From Candidatus Hadarchaeales archaeon (GTDB lineage: Archaea > Hadarchaeota > Hadarchaeia > Hadarchaeales > Hadarchaeaceae), in assembly GCA_038823825.1 (NCBI GenBank), contig JAWBCC010000001.1, forward strand, positions 30,001 through 62,000: 32,000 nucleotides of DNA, written 5' to 3'. The notes under the pieces were generated by a model, which did not search any database, was not told the DNA's origin, and saw only the letters and a program-made list of their open reading frames with translations. Shown here piece after piece: positions 18,145 through 27,752 of the stretch. The position numbers and the translations under genes were made by a program. Numbering within the stretch: position 1 is the stretch's first letter; each line of letters begins with the position of its first letter.

Positions 18145-18909
18145 TTGATTTGCAGGTCGACGCTTTACGGGGAAGGGGTCTTTGAAACTTTCAGGTGTTT
18201 TCACGGTCTTCCCGTTTTTCTGAGGAAGCACTTTGAGAGGATGAAGATGGGAGCCAAGCTTCTTAGAATCCCGACTCCGGGCTGGAGGGAATTCAAACAA
18301 ACAGTTAAAGAGAAGATCGATGTCTCTGCAGATCTGCGCGTGAAGGTCTGTCTGTTTTCATTTGGATCGCAAGTGTTTGATGAGAAACCTAAGGAAAGCG
18401 AGCTCGTCTGCTTTATTTCAAGATATGAGCGACCAAGAAAACCACTTAGATTACATTTGGTTTCCTTTCCGAGAAACTCGAAGTCACCAGTCGTCAGGAT
18501 AAAATCTCTAAACTACTTGGAAAACGTTCTCGGGAGAAGAGAAGCCAAGGAAATGGGTTTTGATGAGGGACTATTCTTAAATGAGCGAGGAGAAGTCGCG
18601 GAATGTTGTGCTTCAAACATCTTCTGGATGAAGGACGAGGTCATTTATACACCCGATGAATCTTGTGGTCTTCTTCCGGGAATAACCCGAGAATTGGTTC
18701 TTTCTCTTGCTCCCAAGCTAGGATTTAAGGTTAAAGAAGGGAGATACGGACTGAAAAATTTGCTGGAGTCCGACTGTGTTTTTTTGACAAATTCTCTCAT
18801 CGGGGCGCACAGAGTTGAAGAGATAGAAGGTTTTAAGATTCGGGGAAAGAATAAAAATTTTGCAGAACTACAGCTGGAAATCTTCCGCACACTGAAATGG
18901 CTTCCGTGA
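18145..18909 (+). CDS. pabC: Class IV aminotransferase / 4-amino-4-deoxychorismate lyase-like
   Basis: [26 protein letters not shown]...[26 protein letters not shown]...[11 protein letters not shown], adjacent to pabB. Confidence 0.75.
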   Translation: MICRSTLYGEGVFETFRCFHGLPVFLRKHFERMKMGAKLLRIPTPGWREFKQTVKEKIDVSADLRVKVCLFSFGSQVFDEKPKESELVCFISRYERPRKPLRLHLVSFPRNSKSPVVRIKSLNYLENVLGRREAKEMGFDEGLFLNERGEVAECCASNIFWMKDEVIYTPDESCGLLPGITRELVLSLAPKLGFKVKEGRYGLKNLLESDCVFLTNSLIGAHRVEEIEGFKIRGKNKNFAELQLEIFRTLKWLP

Positions 18910-18970
18910 AGAGCCGAACGAACAGACATCTTTTTATTCTTTCACTTTTGATTTCTTTCGAGGTGGACAT

Positions 18971-19957
18971 TTGGCAAAAATATATTATGACAAGGATGCG
19001 GATTTGAGTATCCTAAAGGACAAGACTATTGCGATTATAGGTTATGGAAATCAGGGACATGCGCAGGCGAACAATCTGCGCGATTCCGGTTGCAGGGTTA
19101 TAATCGGAAGCATAAGAGATGCGAGTTATGAGCAAGCTGTCCGCGATGGTTTTGAAGTCTATTCGATTTCGGAAGCGGCTGAAATCGGAGATATTGTCCA
19201 CATGCTGATTCCAGATGAATATCAGGCCGAGGTTTACAACAGGGACATAGCAAAACACATGAAACACGGGAAAGCTCTCTGCTTTAGTCATGGGTTTAAC
19301 ATTCATTTCAAGCAGATCGTTCCCCCCAAAGACGTCGATGTTATAATGATCGCTCCAAAGGGACCGGGCGCTCTTGTTCGTCGTATGTATCTTCAGGGAA
19401 GCGGAGTTCCGGGCTTGCTTGCCGTTGAACAGGATGCAAGCGGTATGGCTAAACAGATCGCTCTGGCACTGGCGAAGGGCGTGGGCTTGACTCGCATAGG
19501 CGTTATTGAGACGACCTTCAAGGAGGAGGTGGAAACCGATCTCTTTGGTGAACAGGTAGTTCTCTGTGGTGGCGTAACTGAACTCATAAAAGCAGGTTTT
19601 GAGACGCTAGTCGAAGCGGGATATCAGCCGGAGGTCGCTTACTTCGAATGCCTGAACGAACTCAAACTGATAGTAGATCTAATCTATGAACACGGCATAG
19701 AAGGTATGTGGAAAGCAGTAAGCAATACGGCAGAATACGGCGGAAGAACGAGGGGTCCGAGAATAATAGATTCTCATGTTCGGGAGACTATAATGAAGAT
19801 TCTTAAAGATATCCAGAGCGGAGATTTCGCGAGAGAATGGGTGGAGGAAGCCAAAAAGGGAATCCCAACGCTCAAGCGCATGAGGGAAGAAGGAAAAGAG
19901 CATCTCATAGAGAAGGTGGGGAGAGAACTTCGCAAGTGGGCGGGAATAGAAAAGTAA
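18971..19957 (+). CDS. ilvC: Ketol-acid reductoisomerase
   Basis: [21 protein letters not shown]...PDEYQAEVY...[13 protein letters not shown]...[20 protein letters not shown] start. Confidence 0.97.
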   Translation: MAKIYYDKDADLSILKDKTIAIIGYGNQGHAQANNLRDSGCRVIIGSIRDASYEQAVRDGFEVYSISEAAEIGDIVHMLIPDEYQAEVYNRDIAKHMKHGKALCFSHGFNIHFKQIVPPKDVDVIMIAPKGPGALVRRMYLQGSGVPGLLAVEQDASGMAKQIALALAKGVGLTRIGVIETTFKEEVETDLFGEQVVLCGGVTELIKAGFETLVEAGYQPEVAYFECLNELKLIVDLIYEHGIEGMWKAVSNTAEYGGRTRGPRIIDSHVRETIMKILKDIQSGDFAREWVEEAKKGIPTLKRMREEGKEHLIEKVGRELRKWAGIEK

Positions 19958-20065
19958 AAGTGCAATCTGTGCTACCGCCGCGTGAATATTCATAGTTTTC
20001 GTTTTTTCCCAAAGATTGGAAAAATTTTAAATTGAAACAGTTCAAAGGATACGCCGGAGGTTGCC

Positions 20066-21742
20066 TTGAAGTTTAGGAGTAAAGAGGTTGTTGAGGGACT
20101 TGAAAGTCTGCCCAGAAGAGCACTTCTGAAAGCGGTTGGAGTAACCGATGCGGAGATGGAAAAACCTTTTGTCGGGATAGCGAATTCTTATACGAACGTA
20201 GTTCCCGGTCACATTCATCTTCGTGAGATTTCCCGCGCAGTCGCGGAAGGGGTAATTGCTGGTGGAGGAATTCCTTTCGAGTTCAACACAATTGCGATCT
20301 GCGATGGAATAGCGATGGGAACAAAAGGGATGTGTTATTCTCTTCCATCCCGGGAGCTTATTGCCGATAGCGTGGAGACGATGGTCGAAGCACATAGATT
20401 TGATGCTCTGATTTGTGTGGCAAGCTGTGACAAGATAGTTCCTGGAATGCTTATGGCAATCGCCAGACTAGACATCCCGGCGATAATGGTGACCGGGGGG
20501 CCAATGTTTCCAGGTAAGTGGCAGGGACAGAACCTAGACGTCATAAGCGCTTTCGAAGCTGTTGGTGCTGTGAAAGCTGGGAAAATGACGCAGGCGGAGG
20601 CTCTAGAAATCGAAGATAGGGCTTGTCCGGGGTGCGGCTCATGTGCCGGTCTCTTCACAGCCAACACAATGGCATGTCTCACAGAAGCGCTCGGCATGTC
20701 TCTGCCGGGAACCGCGACAGCCCACGCAGCAGACGCAAAGAAAATCAGACTAGCCAAGAGGGCTGGACTTCAGGTGTTGAAACTTCTTAAGATGAAACTC
20801 ATCCCGAGCAAAATAATGACGCGCAAAGCCTTTGAGAACGCGATCACAGTGGATATGGCTTTAGGAGGTTCCACGAACACGCTGCTCCATCTTCCGGCAA
20901 TCGCCAATGAACTCGGAATAAATTTGGATTTGAATATTTTCGATAGAATAAGTCGACGCGTTCCAACGATTTGCTCCATACGACCAAACGGTCCGCATAC
21001 GATGTGGGATCTCGAACAAGCGGGTGGGATCCCAGCTGTTATGAAGCGTCTTGGTAAGCTGATCTGTGGAAGTCCTCTCACGGTAACCGGCCGAACAGTT
21101 GCTGAAAATCTTAAGTATGTCAAACTAGTTGAGACGGACGTCATAAGACCTCTCGGCAGACCATACATGAGAGAGGGGGGCATAGCGGTTCTTTACGGCT
21201 CACTTGCTCCGGCTGGTTCGGTTGTTAAATTTGCCGGCGTTCCACCCCAGATGCGCAAGCACAGAGGCCCGGCAAAAGTTTTTGACAGCGAAGAAGACGC
21301 AGTCAAGGCGATCTATAATGGTGAGGTAAAGAATGGCGACGTTGTGGTCATAAGGTATGAAGGGCCTAAGGGAGGACCTGGCATGAGGGAGATGTTGGGC
21401 CCGACTTCTGCGATCTCTGGCATGGGTATCCGGGCAGCTCTAGTAACAGATGGGAGATTTTCTGGGGGGACTAGAGGACTCTGCATTGGTCATGTCTCCC
21501 CAGAAGCAGCTGAAGGAGGACCGATTGCGGTGGTCAAAGATGGCGACGAGATTCTGATTGATCTTCCGAATAGAAAAATCGATTTGTTAATTCCGAGAGA
21601 TGAGTTGGAGAGCAGACTTAAGAGGCTAAAGCCTAAACCACCAAAATTCAAGAAAGGATATCTTGCTTTTTACTCTCGCATAGTTTCTTCAGCAGCCGAG
21701 GGCGCAGTCAGGAAAATCGCCAAACTTTCTAACAAAATGTAA
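20066..21742 (+). CDS. ilvD: Dihydroxy-acid dehydratase
   Basis: [73 protein letters not shown]. Likely starts after an upstream ATP-rich spacer; exact start uncertain. Confidence 0.97.
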   Translation: MKFRSKEVVEGLESLPRRALLKAVGVTDAEMEKPFVGIANSYTNVVPGHIHLREISRAVAEGVIAGGGIPFEFNTIAICDGIAMGTKGMCYSLPSRELIADSVETMVEAHRFDALICVASCDKIVPGMLMAIARLDIPAIMVTGGPMFPGKWQGQNLDVISAFEAVGAVKAGKMTQAEALEIEDRACPGCGSCAGLFTANTMACLTEALGMSLPGTATAHAADAKKIRLAKRAGLQVLKLLKMKLIPSKIMTRKAFENAITVDMALGGSTNTLLHLPAIANELGINLDLNIFDRISRRVPTICSIRPNGPHTMWDLEQAGGIPAVMKRLGKLICGSPLTVTGRTVAENLKYVKLVETDVIRPLGRPYMREGGIAVLYGSLAPAGSVVKFAGVPPQMRKHRGPAKVFDSEEDAVKAIYNGEVKNGDVVVIRYEGPKGGPGMREMLGPTSAISGMGIRAALVTDGRFSGGTRGLCIGHVSPEAAEGGPIAVVKDGDEILIDLPNRKIDLLIPRDELESRLKRLKPKPPKFKKGYLAFYSRIVSSAAEGAVRKIAKLSNKM

Positions 21743-21804
21743 AGCTTCTTAAAGTCCTATCAAAAAAGTTAAAAACTTTTCACTGTTTATTCTGCTGGAG
21801 AAAA

Positions 21805-22953
21805 ATGCAGAAACTGAAGGTTGGAATTCTGGGTGCGACGGGCGAGGTAGGCCAGAAGTTCGTGGTAAATCTTCAAAATCATCCATGGTTTGAAATTCAA
21901 AGTCTTTTCGCCTCAGAAAGGTCTGCGGGCAAGACATATGGCGAGGCCTTAGGTTATGGAACTGACTCATCAAGATGGTTTCTTCAAGAAGAGCCCCGGC
22001 CAGAGATCTTGGAGATAAGAGTAGAAAACGTCAAAGAGGCGGTCAGAGAAAAGTGTGATCTCATCTTCTCCGCTCTCCCTTCTGAGATAGCTCTAGAAAT
22101 AGAGGGAGAAGTCGCTAAAGAAAAACCGGTAGTCAGCACAGCCTCCGCCTACAGATATTTTGAAGACAGTTTCACATACCTTCCAGGAGTCAATGAAGAT
22201 CACGTGCAGATGATAGAAGTTCAAAGGAGAAACAGGGGATGGAAGGGCTTCGTTGTTCCTCAGCCAAATTGCACAACAATTGGGCTGGTTTTATCTCTGA
22301 AACCGATTTACGATGCCTTCGGTCTGGAGAGCGTGATAATGGCCTCAATGCAAGCTGTATCCGGAGCCGGTTATGAAGCCGTCGTTGAATGGGCAAAGCA
22401 GAGATCGGAAGTCGGTTCGAAATTACCATCCGTTCTTCAGGAGTACAGACCGAGAATGTTCGAAGGGAATGTGATTCCATACATAAAGGGCGAAGAAGAG
22501 AAGGTCAAGAAGGAAACGGTGAAACTCTTAGGTCGCTTTGACGGGGGTAGAATAATTCCAGCAGATTTAAAGATCACGTGTAAGTGTAACAGAGTTCCGG
22601 TTCATCACGGTCATACAGAGTCGGTCTTCATCCAGACGAGAAAAGATTGTTCTGTTGAAGATTTGATAAATGTGTGGAAGAGTTATAAAGGAGAACCACA
22701 GAGACTTGGTCTACCGACTGCGCCCAAGAACCCGATTGTTGTGATGGAGGAAAGAGACAGACCACAACCTAGGTTTGACGTGCTCATTGAGGGAGGAATG
22801 GCCGTAGTTGTCGGAGGAATTGAAGCCAACTGTTTTGAAAGAGGTTTCCAGTACACCGTGTTGTCCCATAACACGGAGTTGGGGGCAGCAAAAGGAGCCG
22901 TTCTAGCTGCAGAGTATCTCTACAAAACCGGATGGATTCCGCTGCGAGCATGA
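21805..22953 (+). CDS. asd: Aspartate-semialdehyde dehydrogenase
   Basis: KVGILGATGEVGQKFV...FSALPSEIA...VPQPNCTTIGLVLSLKPIYDAFG...CNRVPVHHGHTESVF. Confidence 0.95.
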   Translation: MQKLKVGILGATGEVGQKFVVNLQNHPWFEIQSLFASERSAGKTYGEALGYGTDSSRWFLQEEPRPEILEIRVENVKEAVREKCDLIFSALPSEIALEIEGEVAKEKPVVSTASAYRYFEDSFTYLPGVNEDHVQMIEVQRRNRGWKGFVVPQPNCTTIGLVLSLKPIYDAFGLESVIMASMQAVSGAGYEAVVEWAKQRSEVGSKLPSVLQEYRPRMFEGNVIPYIKGEEEKVKKETVKLLGRFDGGRIIPADLKITCKCNRVPVHHGHTESVFIQTRKDCSVEDLINVWKSYKGEPQRLGLPTAPKNPIVVMEERDRPQPRFDVLIEGGMAVVVGGIEANCFERGFQYTVLSHNTELGAAKGAVLAAEYLYKTGWIPLRA

Positions 22954-22960
22954 AAAATTT

Positions 22961-23605
22961 TCACTTGAAGACTTCACCTGTTTTTCTGTACCAAAGCACG
23001 AAATCCAAATGCGACATGGGAATTCCCAATTCATCCGAGAATTTTCTCATCTTTTGCTCGATCGAAAGGTAAGTTTTTTTATTCAGGTTTTTTGGAATCT
23101 CGTCTATAACTCCGAATTCCAGCAGGCTTCTGAGTATATGCCTGTCGAGTATCGCCAGATCTCTCCCCCAGCCGATATTTCTCAGAAAGTGGCTGGCTTC
23201 TTTGTATCCAAGCCCCTTGACCTCTTTTACAAGGAATTCTCTGGCTTCCATGGGATTATTCAAGAATTTTGTAAGCTCTTCTCTTATCACAAGTTTTCCA
23301 CCTTTTGTGAATCTCTTTCTGGCTTCAATGATATATCTCGCCTTTTTTCTCCAGAATCTTATCGGACGTAGAAATTCCGCAATTTCTTTTTCTCCTCCAG
23401 AGAAAAGTGTCCGACTTTTTTCGAGTTTCTCAACTGTCTCCCAGCAAACTTTCGCTTTCGACTGAGGCGTAAGAAGGCAGAAGGCTAGCTCAGAGAAGAC
23501 TTTCTCATCGTCTGTTCTCCACGTTTTTTCGAACTCCCGAAGCCTGCGCTCTATTTCGCTTTTTATTTTTCCATGAATTTCGAGGAGTTCTGTCTTCCCC
23601 TTCAA
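22961..23605 (-). CDS. ogg: N-glycosylase/DNA lyase (archaeal Ogg-type, HhH-GPD)
   Basis: ELAFCLLTPQSKAKVCWETVEKL...EVKGLGYKEASHFLRNIGWGRDLAILDRHILRSL (HhH, catalytic K and D). Likely TTG start at 23605; the longer listed ORF reads into the permease gene. Confidence 0.87.
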   Translation of the reverse strand: MKGKTELLEIHGKIKSEIERRLREFEKTWRTDDEKVFSELAFCLLTPQSKAKVCWETVEKLEKSRTLFSGGEKEIAEFLRPIRFWRKKARYIIEARKRFTKGGKLVIREELTKFLNNPMEAREFLVKEVKGLGYKEASHFLRNIGWGRDLAILDRHILRSLLEFGVIDEIPKNLNKKTYLSIEQKMRKFSDELGIPMSHLDFVLWYRKTGEVFK

Positions 23606-24474
23606 GCGAATTCCCTTCTTTCGGTTAGGATAATGCTCGCGAGGAGGAGAAAAACTGAGTAGGAGAGTAAGAGTATAGAGCTCGTGAGAGGTTCTGGGGT
23701 CTTTATCTGAGCCGATATTCCGAAAGCGCCATAAACGCTTTCGAGGCTCACATTGTAGGTTGCGCTTATCGCGTCCGCGGCTCTGTCTGGCATGAACCAT
23801 GGGTCATAGCCGGCGTAAACCAAAGACGTTGATATTATGCTGAAGATGATCATGTATGTAAGTAGCGTGGCAACCGTTGCCCCCATGCCTCCTCGCATCA
23901 ACGAACTGAAGATGAACGTCATTGCAACCATGAAAGTGGCCACGGCGAAAGCCACTCCCAGGGATCCGAGCATTCCGAACGGTACCGTGCCGTATAGTCC
24001 AAGAATGGAGAGAGCGGAAACCGCATAGCCAACTGCGAGGAGGGATATCGTGGCTATCAGACAGGCGAAATATTTACCCGCCACGATTGTTTTTCGCCCC
24101 ACCGGTGAGGAAAACAGAAAGACTCCTGTTTTTCGCTCAAACTCTGAAGCTATTGCATCTCCAGCGAAGAATACGGAAAATAGGAGGGCTATAGACGGTC
24201 CAACAGAGCCAGTAAAGACTGCGAAAAACTCCGGACTATCTTTTATTCCGTACTGATCGAGGATCATCTCTCCGGTTTCCCTAGGAATATTCTCAGGCAA
24301 ACGTTCGAGAAGACTTTCACGCATCTTTCCCGGAATGTCTATAGAACGGTAAAGAAAGGTCATCAGAAAGGTCGCGAGTAGAACTGCTGCCAACGCTCCG
24401 TAAAAGCGCTTTCTTCGCAAATGTTTCAGCAGCTCATACTTGAAAACAGTCTTGAACTTGTTCATGTCAACCAC
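23602..24474 (-). CDS. ABC-2 type transporter permease
   Basis: FKYELLKHLRRKRFYGALAAVLLATF...FFAGDAIASEFERKTGVFLFSSPVGRKTIVAGKYFAC and further TM segments. Confidence 0.88.
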   Translation of the reverse strand: MVDMNKFKTVFKYELLKHLRRKRFYGALAAVLLATFLMTFLYRSIDIPGKMRESLLERLPENIPRETGEMILDQYGIKDSPEFFAVFTGSVGPSIALLFSVFFAGDAIASEFERKTGVFLFSSPVGRKTIVAGKYFACLIATISLLAVGYAVSALSILGLYGTVPFGMLGSLGVAFAVATFMVAMTFIFSSLMRGGMGATVATLLTYMIIFSIISTSLVYAGYDPWFMPDRAADAISATYNVSLESVYGAFGISAQIKTPEPLTSSILLLSYSVFLLLASIILTERREFA

Positions 24475-25177
24475 CCGTCAGTCTTATGTAAGCTCTTTCC
24501 AGTGAGCCGTACTTCCTCTTCAGATTTCTCACGCTGTTGAACGCTTGAAGTCTTCCTTCATTCATGATTGCGATTTTATCACAAACCTGTACGACTTCAT
24601 TCAGCAGATGAGATGACAGGAGAATGGTTTTTTCTCCTTTTATAGACTTCAAAATGTTTCTGATTTCCACCATCCCTTTTGGGTCAAGACCGGAAGATGG
24701 TTCATCTAAAATTAGAATGGGCGGGTCGTGAAGAAATGCCTGAGCGATCGCGAGCCTTTGCTTCATTCCGCTTGAGAAATTTTCGATTTTGACTTTTGCC
24801 CACTTTTCCAGCCCAACCATTCTGAGGACTTCCTTAATTTTTTCCTTCAGGTTTTTTACGCCCCGGAGATGTCCAAAATATTTCAAGATCTCCTCCGGTG
24901 TAAGAAACGGATAGAACTCTGGGGTTTCAACAATCACGCCCAAATTTTCGACCGCCGCCTCATGCTCTTCGATGACATTGAAGTCGTTGACATACGCTCT
25001 TCCTCCGGAAGGTCTTATGAGCCCGCACAGAAGCTTTATGGTTGTGCTTTTCCCGGCTCCATTCGGGCCTAGAAGCCCGACGCTTTCTCCCCGCTTTATT
25101 TTCATGTTTAGATTGTCCAGCGCGAGCAGCTTCCCGTAGTATTTTGTTAGATTTTCGGTCACAATCGCTTGCGGCAT
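24467..25177 (-). CDS. ABC transporter ATP-binding protein
   Basis: LLGPNGAGKSTTIKLLCGL, FSSGMKQRLAIAQAFLHDPPILILDEPSSGLDP, LLSSHLLNEV. Confidence 0.93.
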   Translation of the reverse strand: MPQAIVTENLTKYYGKLLALDNLNMKIKRGESVGLLGPNGAGKSTTIKLLCGLIRPSGGRAYVNDFNVIEEHEAAVENLGVIVETPEFYPFLTPEEILKYFGHLRGVKNLKEKIKEVLRMVGLEKWAKVKIENFSSGMKQRLAIAQAFLHDPPILILDEPSSGLDPKGMVEIRNILKSIKGEKTILLSSHLLNEVVQVCDKIAIMNEGRLQAFNSVRNLKRKYGSLERAYIRLTGG

Positions 25178-25212
25178 CCAGATTAATGAGATTTGCCGAA
25201 TTTAAAGGAAAA

Positions 25213-25290
25213 TGGTAGCGGGGGGAGGACTTGAACCTCCGACCTCCGGGTTATGAGCCCGGCGGGCACTCCACGCTGCCCCACCCCGCT
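25213..25290 (-). tRNA. Initiator tRNA-Met (CAT), encoded CCA
   Basis: Minus strand AGCGGGGTGGGGCAGCGTGGAGTGCCCGCCGGGCTCATAACCCGG...CCCCCGCTACCA. A1-U72 pair and GGG/CCC anticodon stem are initiator hallmarks. Confidence 0.95.
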
Positions 25291-25328
25291 CCAATATGAT
25301 TATTTACAAGTTTTGTGGGATAAAATAT

Positions 25329-25775
25329 TTACCGAGGTTTTCTCATCAGATTTCCAATCATTACACCCATTGCTCCTCCTATCCCAGCAAGCATGATATC
25401 TCGGAGAATCATGAAAGCGACGACAGAGCAGAATTCGCCAAGTCCAACGATTATATCGGGATCCCTTAAGCCGATGAAGAGCCCGAGAGCTAACAGGGTG
25501 GAAAGGTTCATGAGAAGGCCGGACATTCCCCCTCCTTTGAATCCGTCCATTGCTCCTCTCCCGGTTTTCGATAAAAGGTAGCCGGCGAGCATGCCGCCGA
25601 TCAACAATCCAAAGAGTCCAATACCAAAGAATTGACCGATTAGTCCCATCATTAGGCCGTAGATGACTGGACGCATGAAGCTCTTGTCGCTCCTAATGGC
25701 GAGGAGGACAAAAAGTATGAGCCAAGTTAGCCCGGCGAAGATAGAATATCCGACGAGGAATGCTGTGTCTGTCAC
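25329..25775 (-). CDS. Multi-TM hypothetical membrane protein
   Basis: 148 aa, repeated glycine-rich hydrophobic helices (YGLMMGLIGQFFGIGLFGLLIGGMLAGYLL, MLAGIGGAMGVMIGNLMRKPR). Confidence 0.7.
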   Translation of the reverse strand: MTDTAFLVGYSIFAGLTWLILFVLLAIRSDKSFMRPVIYGLMMGLIGQFFGIGLFGLLIGGMLAGYLLSKTGRGAMDGFKGGGMSGLLMNLSTLLALGLFIGLRDPDIIVGLGEFCSVVAFMILRDIMLAGIGGAMGVMIGNLMRKPR

Positions 25776-26128
25776 GGAGAATAATGGAATAGATGGATTT
25801 TTACCTTTTTCTGAGGGTTTTCACTTTAAGCTAGTAGCCACTTTCAATCCCATTTTCAGGGACGTTTCGCCACAACTGTTGTATGATGTGTTCAGGCATC
25901 AAAGAATTAGGACGTATTTTGGAGGCAAAAAAAGGGAAAAATGTAAAAAGATTGGAATTTATAGTACGGGAAAGAGTCCTAAACCACTTGTAGAACCCCA
26001 CCGTGCTCGTTTTTTCTTTAAAAAGGACCTCCACCCAGAAGATTGAGGGGGAGAAAAATGAGTCATGCTAGATGCCGAAAATATTTAGACTACATGAGAA
26101 GAGTATTTTTATGAAAGAAGGGATTTAT

Positions 26129-26824
26129 ATGAAAAATGAACGTGAACTCAAATTTCCCGACGATTTTATCAACAAAATAATTTGTGGTGATTGTTTTGTA
26201 TTAATCAAGAAGATACCAGATGGTTGTGTTGATGCGATTATCACCGATCCCCCTTACGGATTGTATAAGGAAGGAGTATGTAGCGATGAAGATTTGACTA
26301 CTTTCTATAAAGTGCTCCCCGAATGCTACAGGGTTTTAAAAAAGAATGCTTTTTTTATAACATTTTTTAGCACAAAATTTCTTCCCAAGTTATTTAAGAA
26401 TAATCCCTTCACTTATTTTTGGCAAATTATACTCTACTGTCCAGAGGGAGCAGTTAAATCACCAATAGGGATTACAAAGTATATGTCTTGTCTTGTTTTC
26501 AAAAAAGGAAATCCACGGATTGTTTTGCGAAATAAAGATATTTTTGTTGATACTCCTGGAAAAATGATTGAACCTGACGAAGGCTTCATAAATCATCCGA
26601 CCCCAAAACCAAAACATTTCATAAGGGAGATTCTACGAATGTTTACAAAGGAGGGAGATCTAATCCTAGATCCTTTTATTGGTAGCGGAAGCACTGCGGT
26701 AGCTTGTAAACAATTAAACAGACGGTTCATCGGTTTTGAGATCAACGAAAAATATTGCCAACTTGCAAATAGAAGATTATCATCACTTAATCTTTTTTCT
26801 AAAAAAAAGATTCAACTGCGATAA
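26129..26824 (+). CDS. DNA methyltransferase (N4-cytosine/N6-adenine), DPPY-first motif order
   Basis: IICGDCFVLIKKIPDGCVDAIITDPPYGLY...FINHPTPKPKHFIREILRMFTKEGDLILDPFIGSGSTAVACKQLNRRFIGFEIN. In-frame ATG alternatives at 26111 and 26129. Confidence 0.92.
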   Translation: MKNERELKFPDDFINKIICGDCFVLIKKIPDGCVDAIITDPPYGLYKEGVCSDEDLTTFYKVLPECYRVLKKNAFFITFFSTKFLPKLFKNNPFTYFWQIILYCPEGAVKSPIGITKYMSCLVFKKGNPRIVLRNKDIFVDTPGKMIEPDEGFINHPTPKPKHFIREILRMFTKEGDLILDPFIGSGSTAVACKQLNRRFIGFEINEKYCQLANRRLSSLNLFSKKKIQLR

Positions 26825-26854
26825 CTAGTTCTTCTTTGCGAATAGAATCCTAAG

Positions 26855-27529
26855 TTAAACGCCATGAAACTTTTTCACAATAGATACGATGTCTTTCAAA
26901 TGCTTCTTGGACATCACGGAGAATCCTTTCATGAGTTCAATGATATGTTCTTCTGTGGGGAACCATAATACCACCTCATTTCGGTGTGCTGGTCTATCTA
27001 CTATAGGATTACGATCAAGTTTAGATATAACACTTCTTATCGGAATAAAGATATATAACATAGCCTGATATCCTACTGCTTTCTGTTTGTGTCTTAGTTC
27101 AATATGAATAAATGATCCGTCCGACAGCTGTTTTCTTAAGATTGGCGCTTTCTTGTACAGTAAGGTAAATCCTTCGAATTTCTTGGCTTTCTCGTCTTTT
27201 TCTATATTGATAAAAAAAGTTTCCTCGAAGAAAACATCTCTATTTTTTAGATAACTGTATAATTCTTTTATCCTAGCTTCATTTATTACTTTTTTAGTGA
27301 CTAATAATCTAAACATTTCCCCTAACTCCACAAGCCGCCTATTTTCATCAAAGTAAGAAATCTGCCATTCTATATACCAATTCTCTCTTAAATTTTGTGA
27401 TCTAACGCTACCTATTGGACTTCCATCTACATCTTTAACTCTAACTAAACTTGTTTGTAAAGTAATGGGCAACTCTACGACGATTTTTCTCGCCTTCTCG
27501 TCATAAAATACATTACATTTGATATTCAT
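26855..27529 (-). CDS. Uncharacterised 224-aa protein; candidate restriction endonuclease or other restriction effector by context
   Basis: Last gene of a tight operon with a DNA methyltransferase. Beta-rich N-terminus (CNVFYDEKARKIVVELPITLQ...WYIEWQISYFDENRRLVELGEMFRLL). No classical nuclease motif assignable by eye. Confidence 0.45.
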   Translation of the reverse strand: MNIKCNVFYDEKARKIVVELPITLQTSLVRVKDVDGSPIGSVRSQNLRENWYIEWQISYFDENRRLVELGEMFRLLVTKKVINEARIKELYSYLKNRDVFFEETFFINIEKDEKAKKFEGFTLLYKKAPILRKQLSDGSFIHIELRHKQKAVGYQAMLYIFIPIRSVISKLDRNPIVDRPAHRNEVVLWFPTEEHIIELMKGFSVMSKKHLKDIVSIVKKFHGV

Positions 27530-27752
27530 TTTCGCTTCCTCCCGTTCTCAAACATTTTCCAACCTTTGAGACAACAAAGAATGTCTTTAATTCTTGATAG
27601 GCTACTATTTTAAAAAAATCACGCTTCTGGATTTGGTGGTCTAAAATTTTGTCCGCAGATTTTTCGCCATTTATTCTATTTTTCCACAACTTTTTAGTTT
27701 GAGTTGAAGAAAATCCTACAACGATTTTATTTTCTTCAACTTTTACTCTCAT
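27513..27752 (-). CDS. Small hypothetical protein (79 aa) between methyltransferase and candidate effector
   Basis: Open frame overlapping the upstream gene by 4 bp and the downstream gene by 17 bp. Confidence 0.6.
   Translation of the reverse strand: MRVKVEENKIVVGFSSTQTKKLWKNRINGEKSADKILDHQIQKRDFFKIVAYQELKTFFVVSKVGKCLRTGGSENEYQM

Noticed and set aside
25801-25900. A CRISPR array
   Set aside because: Only one repeat-like sequence is visible and no second copy occurs at spacer distance on either side. Reported as a solitary element only.
25831-26046. ORFs 25831..26034 (-) and the 3' part of 25663..26046 (+)
   Set aside because: Low-complexity or non-descript translations overlapping an upstream region and the antisense of a membrane protein gene. 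No family signature.
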